From positions 22,258,001 through 22,322,000 of the forward strand of contig OZ004613.1 in NCBI GenBank assembly GCA_963924565.1: a stretch of DNA of 64,000 bases, read 5' to 3'. The position numbers were made by a program, and so were the translations under genes. Every line of letters starts with the position of its first letter. The stretch's first letter is position 1. Under the pieces are notes generated by a model. The model saw only the letters and a list, made by a program, of their open reading frames with translations, did not search any database and had not been told where the DNA came from. The DNA is from Ascidiella aspersa (lineage: Eukaryota). This document shows, one piece after another, positions 62,201 through 64,000 of the stretch.

Positions 62201-64000
62201 TTATTTGCCGAAAAATATGACTTTTTGTAACAGAACCGGCTGAAAAATTTGACTTTTTGTAACAGAACCGGCTGACAAAAAATTTGAATCCCACCACTGG
62301 TTTTAAACCGTTGACATACTAAAAATATTTATGTTATAATGGTAGTGACTGCGAACGATATTTGTTAATACTTTTTATAAATTGAACTTCACACATCTGA
62401 TGTAGCGTTATCCCGCGTTAGGCAAGTGAAATAAAATAGCTCCTACATTTCTCTGGTCAGGGTACTCAATACGACTCCGTTGCATCGTCTAGCGGAAATA
62501 CAGGAAACGCGAAATTGAGCGTGCCGAGCGGTCAGCCGGCCTTTCTGTTTTACGCGCCTTCCAACGAAGCCAGTAAATATACATCGGTGTTTAACGATGT
62601 ATTCAATCGAATAAATGGTAAGAACATAGGCAATAAATTTTATTTTCTTAAAAAAAATAAATGCAGTTTTTGAAAATTGTTCAAAGTTAGATAAGAGCTT
62701 ATGGATGTAAGATGTTATTTACTCATTGCAGACAAGAGTCGTTCAGCAATGTATGACGAGTGTGATGACGAGACGCAGGACGGACGGAAAACAGAAGGCA
62801 AGTTAATTACCGTGCAGCTGACTGGAAGGTCCATTGGACCCTTCGCTGCTCCGGCCGTATCGCGCGTGAATTTGTTTTTTGTTATAGCTTACTTGAGTAT
62901 TTTAATTTAAGCGCTAACGGAAAAATAAACATTACTTACTGACATTACTTACTTAATCTAAATGTAATGTCTGTTTACTGCATATACTTACACTTTATAC
63001 CAACATAAACGTTGTGCCAAAATTATAGCTTATTTGAAAATGATTTCGAGTAAGATTGTTAGCTCTACTCTTTTTTTTCGTTTATCTGCATATCGTTTCA
63101 ATTTTAAAGGCAGTTTTTAAAATGCCTGCAGTTCTTTTAATGCATTATACATTGCAAAATTAACTTTACATCATTACGCGATTTTTTTACGCTAACATCT
63201 GTTTGTTGTATAAGTTATAATGCACCACATTTTAAATAAGGTAATAGCGGTCAAACAAACTTCAGCTCATCGGATATTTTATTCGGTAGGTGTTTTGAAC
63301 TTGGTGTAAACTATTGGTTTCCATACAAACAAAATACCCATATTATCAATGGCAAACGAAGTCCCAACAGACGATTATTACTTTTTGTATTTATTAGGTC
63401 TATTCGAGTAAAAATAAACTACGTTTAGATCACAAACGTCAACTGCCTTCGTAAGTCTTGCGTTTTAGTTGCAAATGTTAAATGACATTGGCCATTTATA
63501 CATAAGGATTTCTGATTATACCAAAATGCTCAGACGACTTACGCTCTTTTTAAAAACAAATATGTAATTAACGAAACCACCATAAAAGGGGAAATACGAC
63601 ATACGATTGAATTAATTGCTCGCTGAATAACTTTGTGACCCATTTTTGAAAATCTATTGTCAAACAAATTCCAAACAACCAATAGTCGCTATATGCTGGT
63701 TTAGCGCATGCAACGTCCCTCTCAATTTGCACAAAAATCAATAAATTCAAAGCGAAACAGTTGAAGTTCCACATCTCGGGAGTTGTACAAATTGGAAGTT
63801 ATTTATCTTTGGCAGGTCGAGCTTAAATCTCAACACTCACCAAGAGCAAAAGCACAGGATTTTGATTGCGATTTAACCAAACAGAACCCAGCAGATTCCA
63901 AGACGTGTGGGCATGCGAAACAAACCTAAACCGAACACGTGTTTCCGTTCTTGTTTGCAGAACTGAGCGATGCGGGAACCCTTGAGCCACCGGCCGACGC
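59063..64000 (+). CDS. MS4A-like: MS4A/CD20-like four-transmembrane protein, 3'-partial; join(59063-59201,59918-60033,60221-60277,60718-60804,61460-61615,62461-62617,62732-62797,63961->64000)
   Basis: Phase-consistent exons (1,0,0,0,0,1,1) give MEFGDCC...KPKFVLPLGVSEIVVALVVIVLDALALY...GFPLWLSILFVLAGCINVASYKHKTRFMTAIALGSSLVAMVLVVILLAVITMSIAQE...GVVISCVICALVLVLLGVTSTSSLLCYLAL... There are four hydrophobic helices. GFPLW resembles the MS4A GYPFW motif, and a 57-nt phase-0 exon after it matches the MS4A layout as I recall it. Confidence 0.8.
59918..60033 (+). CDS. MS4A-like: MS4A-like exon 2 (TM1 end, loop, GFPLWLSIL)
   Basis: atttcag| acceptor, |GTTTGT donor, phase 1-0. Confidence 0.8.
60221..60277 (+). 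CDS. MS4A-like: MS4A-like exon 3 (FVLAGCINVASYKHKTRFM)
   Basis: ctaat branch-like site, gttgtcttag| acceptor, |GTAAGC donor, 57 nt. Confidence 0.85.
60307..60547. mobile_element. Degenerate hAT MITE in MS4A-like intron 3
   Basis: TIR cagcggtccccaac/gttgaaaaccactg; TSD aactaatg/acctaatg (7/8). Confidence 0.72.
60718..60804 (+). CDS. MS4A-like: MS4A-like exon 4 (TM3)
   Basis: ctttttctttgttgtttatgcag| acceptor, AG|GTATAC donor, strongly hydrophobic 29 aa. Confidence 0.85.
60827..61394. mobile_element. hAT MITE in MS4A-like intron 4
   Basis: TIR caggggtgtccaac/gttggacacctctg; TSD ttctaaaa/ttctaaac; same family as 23251-23513. Confidence 0.88.
61460..61615 (+). CDS. MS4A-like: MS4A-like exon 5 (TM4)
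   Basis: ctttacttttacttgaag| acceptor (weaker AAG), GG|GTAAGT donor, 52 aa hydrophobic. Confidence 0.8.
61816..62299. mobile_element. Young hAT MITE in MS4A-like intron 5
   Basis: Perfect 15-bp TIR cagtggtgggattca/tgaatcccaccactg; perfect TSD gttttaaa; subterminal aaccgg repeats; internal 32-bp-period duplication at 62218-62275. Confidence 0.93.
62461..62617 (+). CDS. MS4A-like: MS4A-like exon 6 (cytoplasmic tail with TQYDSV and SKYTSV)
   Basis: catttctctggtcag| acceptor, G|GTAAGA donor, open in phase 0-1. Confidence 0.78.
62732..62797 (+). CDS. MS4A-like: MS4A-like exon 7 (DKSRSAMYDECDDETQDGRKTE)
   Basis: ttatttactcattgcag| acceptor; the 3' end assumes a GC donor AG|GCAAGT (otherwise the frame reads on to TAA at 62910). 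Confidence 0.62.
63961..64000 (+). CDS. MS4A-like: MS4A-like exon 8, partial (ELSDAGTLEPPAD...)
   Basis: Strong acceptor tttccgttcttgtttgcag|; open in phase 1, runs off the window. Confidence 0.6.

Overview
Eukaryotic (animal) genomic DNA, AT-rich with CpG-rich patches. It is probably an ascidian/tunicate, but this is only an inference from compact introns, hAT MITE types and TGACGTCA-derived 'VTS/DVT/MTS' peptides in exons. The supplied ORF track is mostly noise because both genes are spliced; I rebuilt them by hand from splice sites and reading-frame phase. (1) Minus strand, 11234->1772: a complete 8-coding-exon, 610-aa interferon regulatory factor. It has an IRF4/8/9/10-type DNA-binding domain, but instead of a recognisable IAD domain it carries a Pro/Ser-rich linker, a ~9-heptad coiled coil, an NLS-like KRKR and a PLDLT CtBP-type motif. 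(2) Plus strand, 59063->beyond 64000: a four-transmembrane MS4A/CD20-like gene. Its cytoplasmic tail has ITSM- and ITIM-consensus tyrosines, and it probably uses a GC-AG intron. The two genes are divergent. Between them lie ~48 kb without a convincing coding exon, containing ~20 CpG-rich islands, an EICE/kB-like/ISRE motif cluster, CRE and Sox/Fox clusters, several hAT MITEs with TSDs, a ~308-bp tandem duplication and a dispersed repeat. I saw no rRNA, tRNA or CRISPR features.
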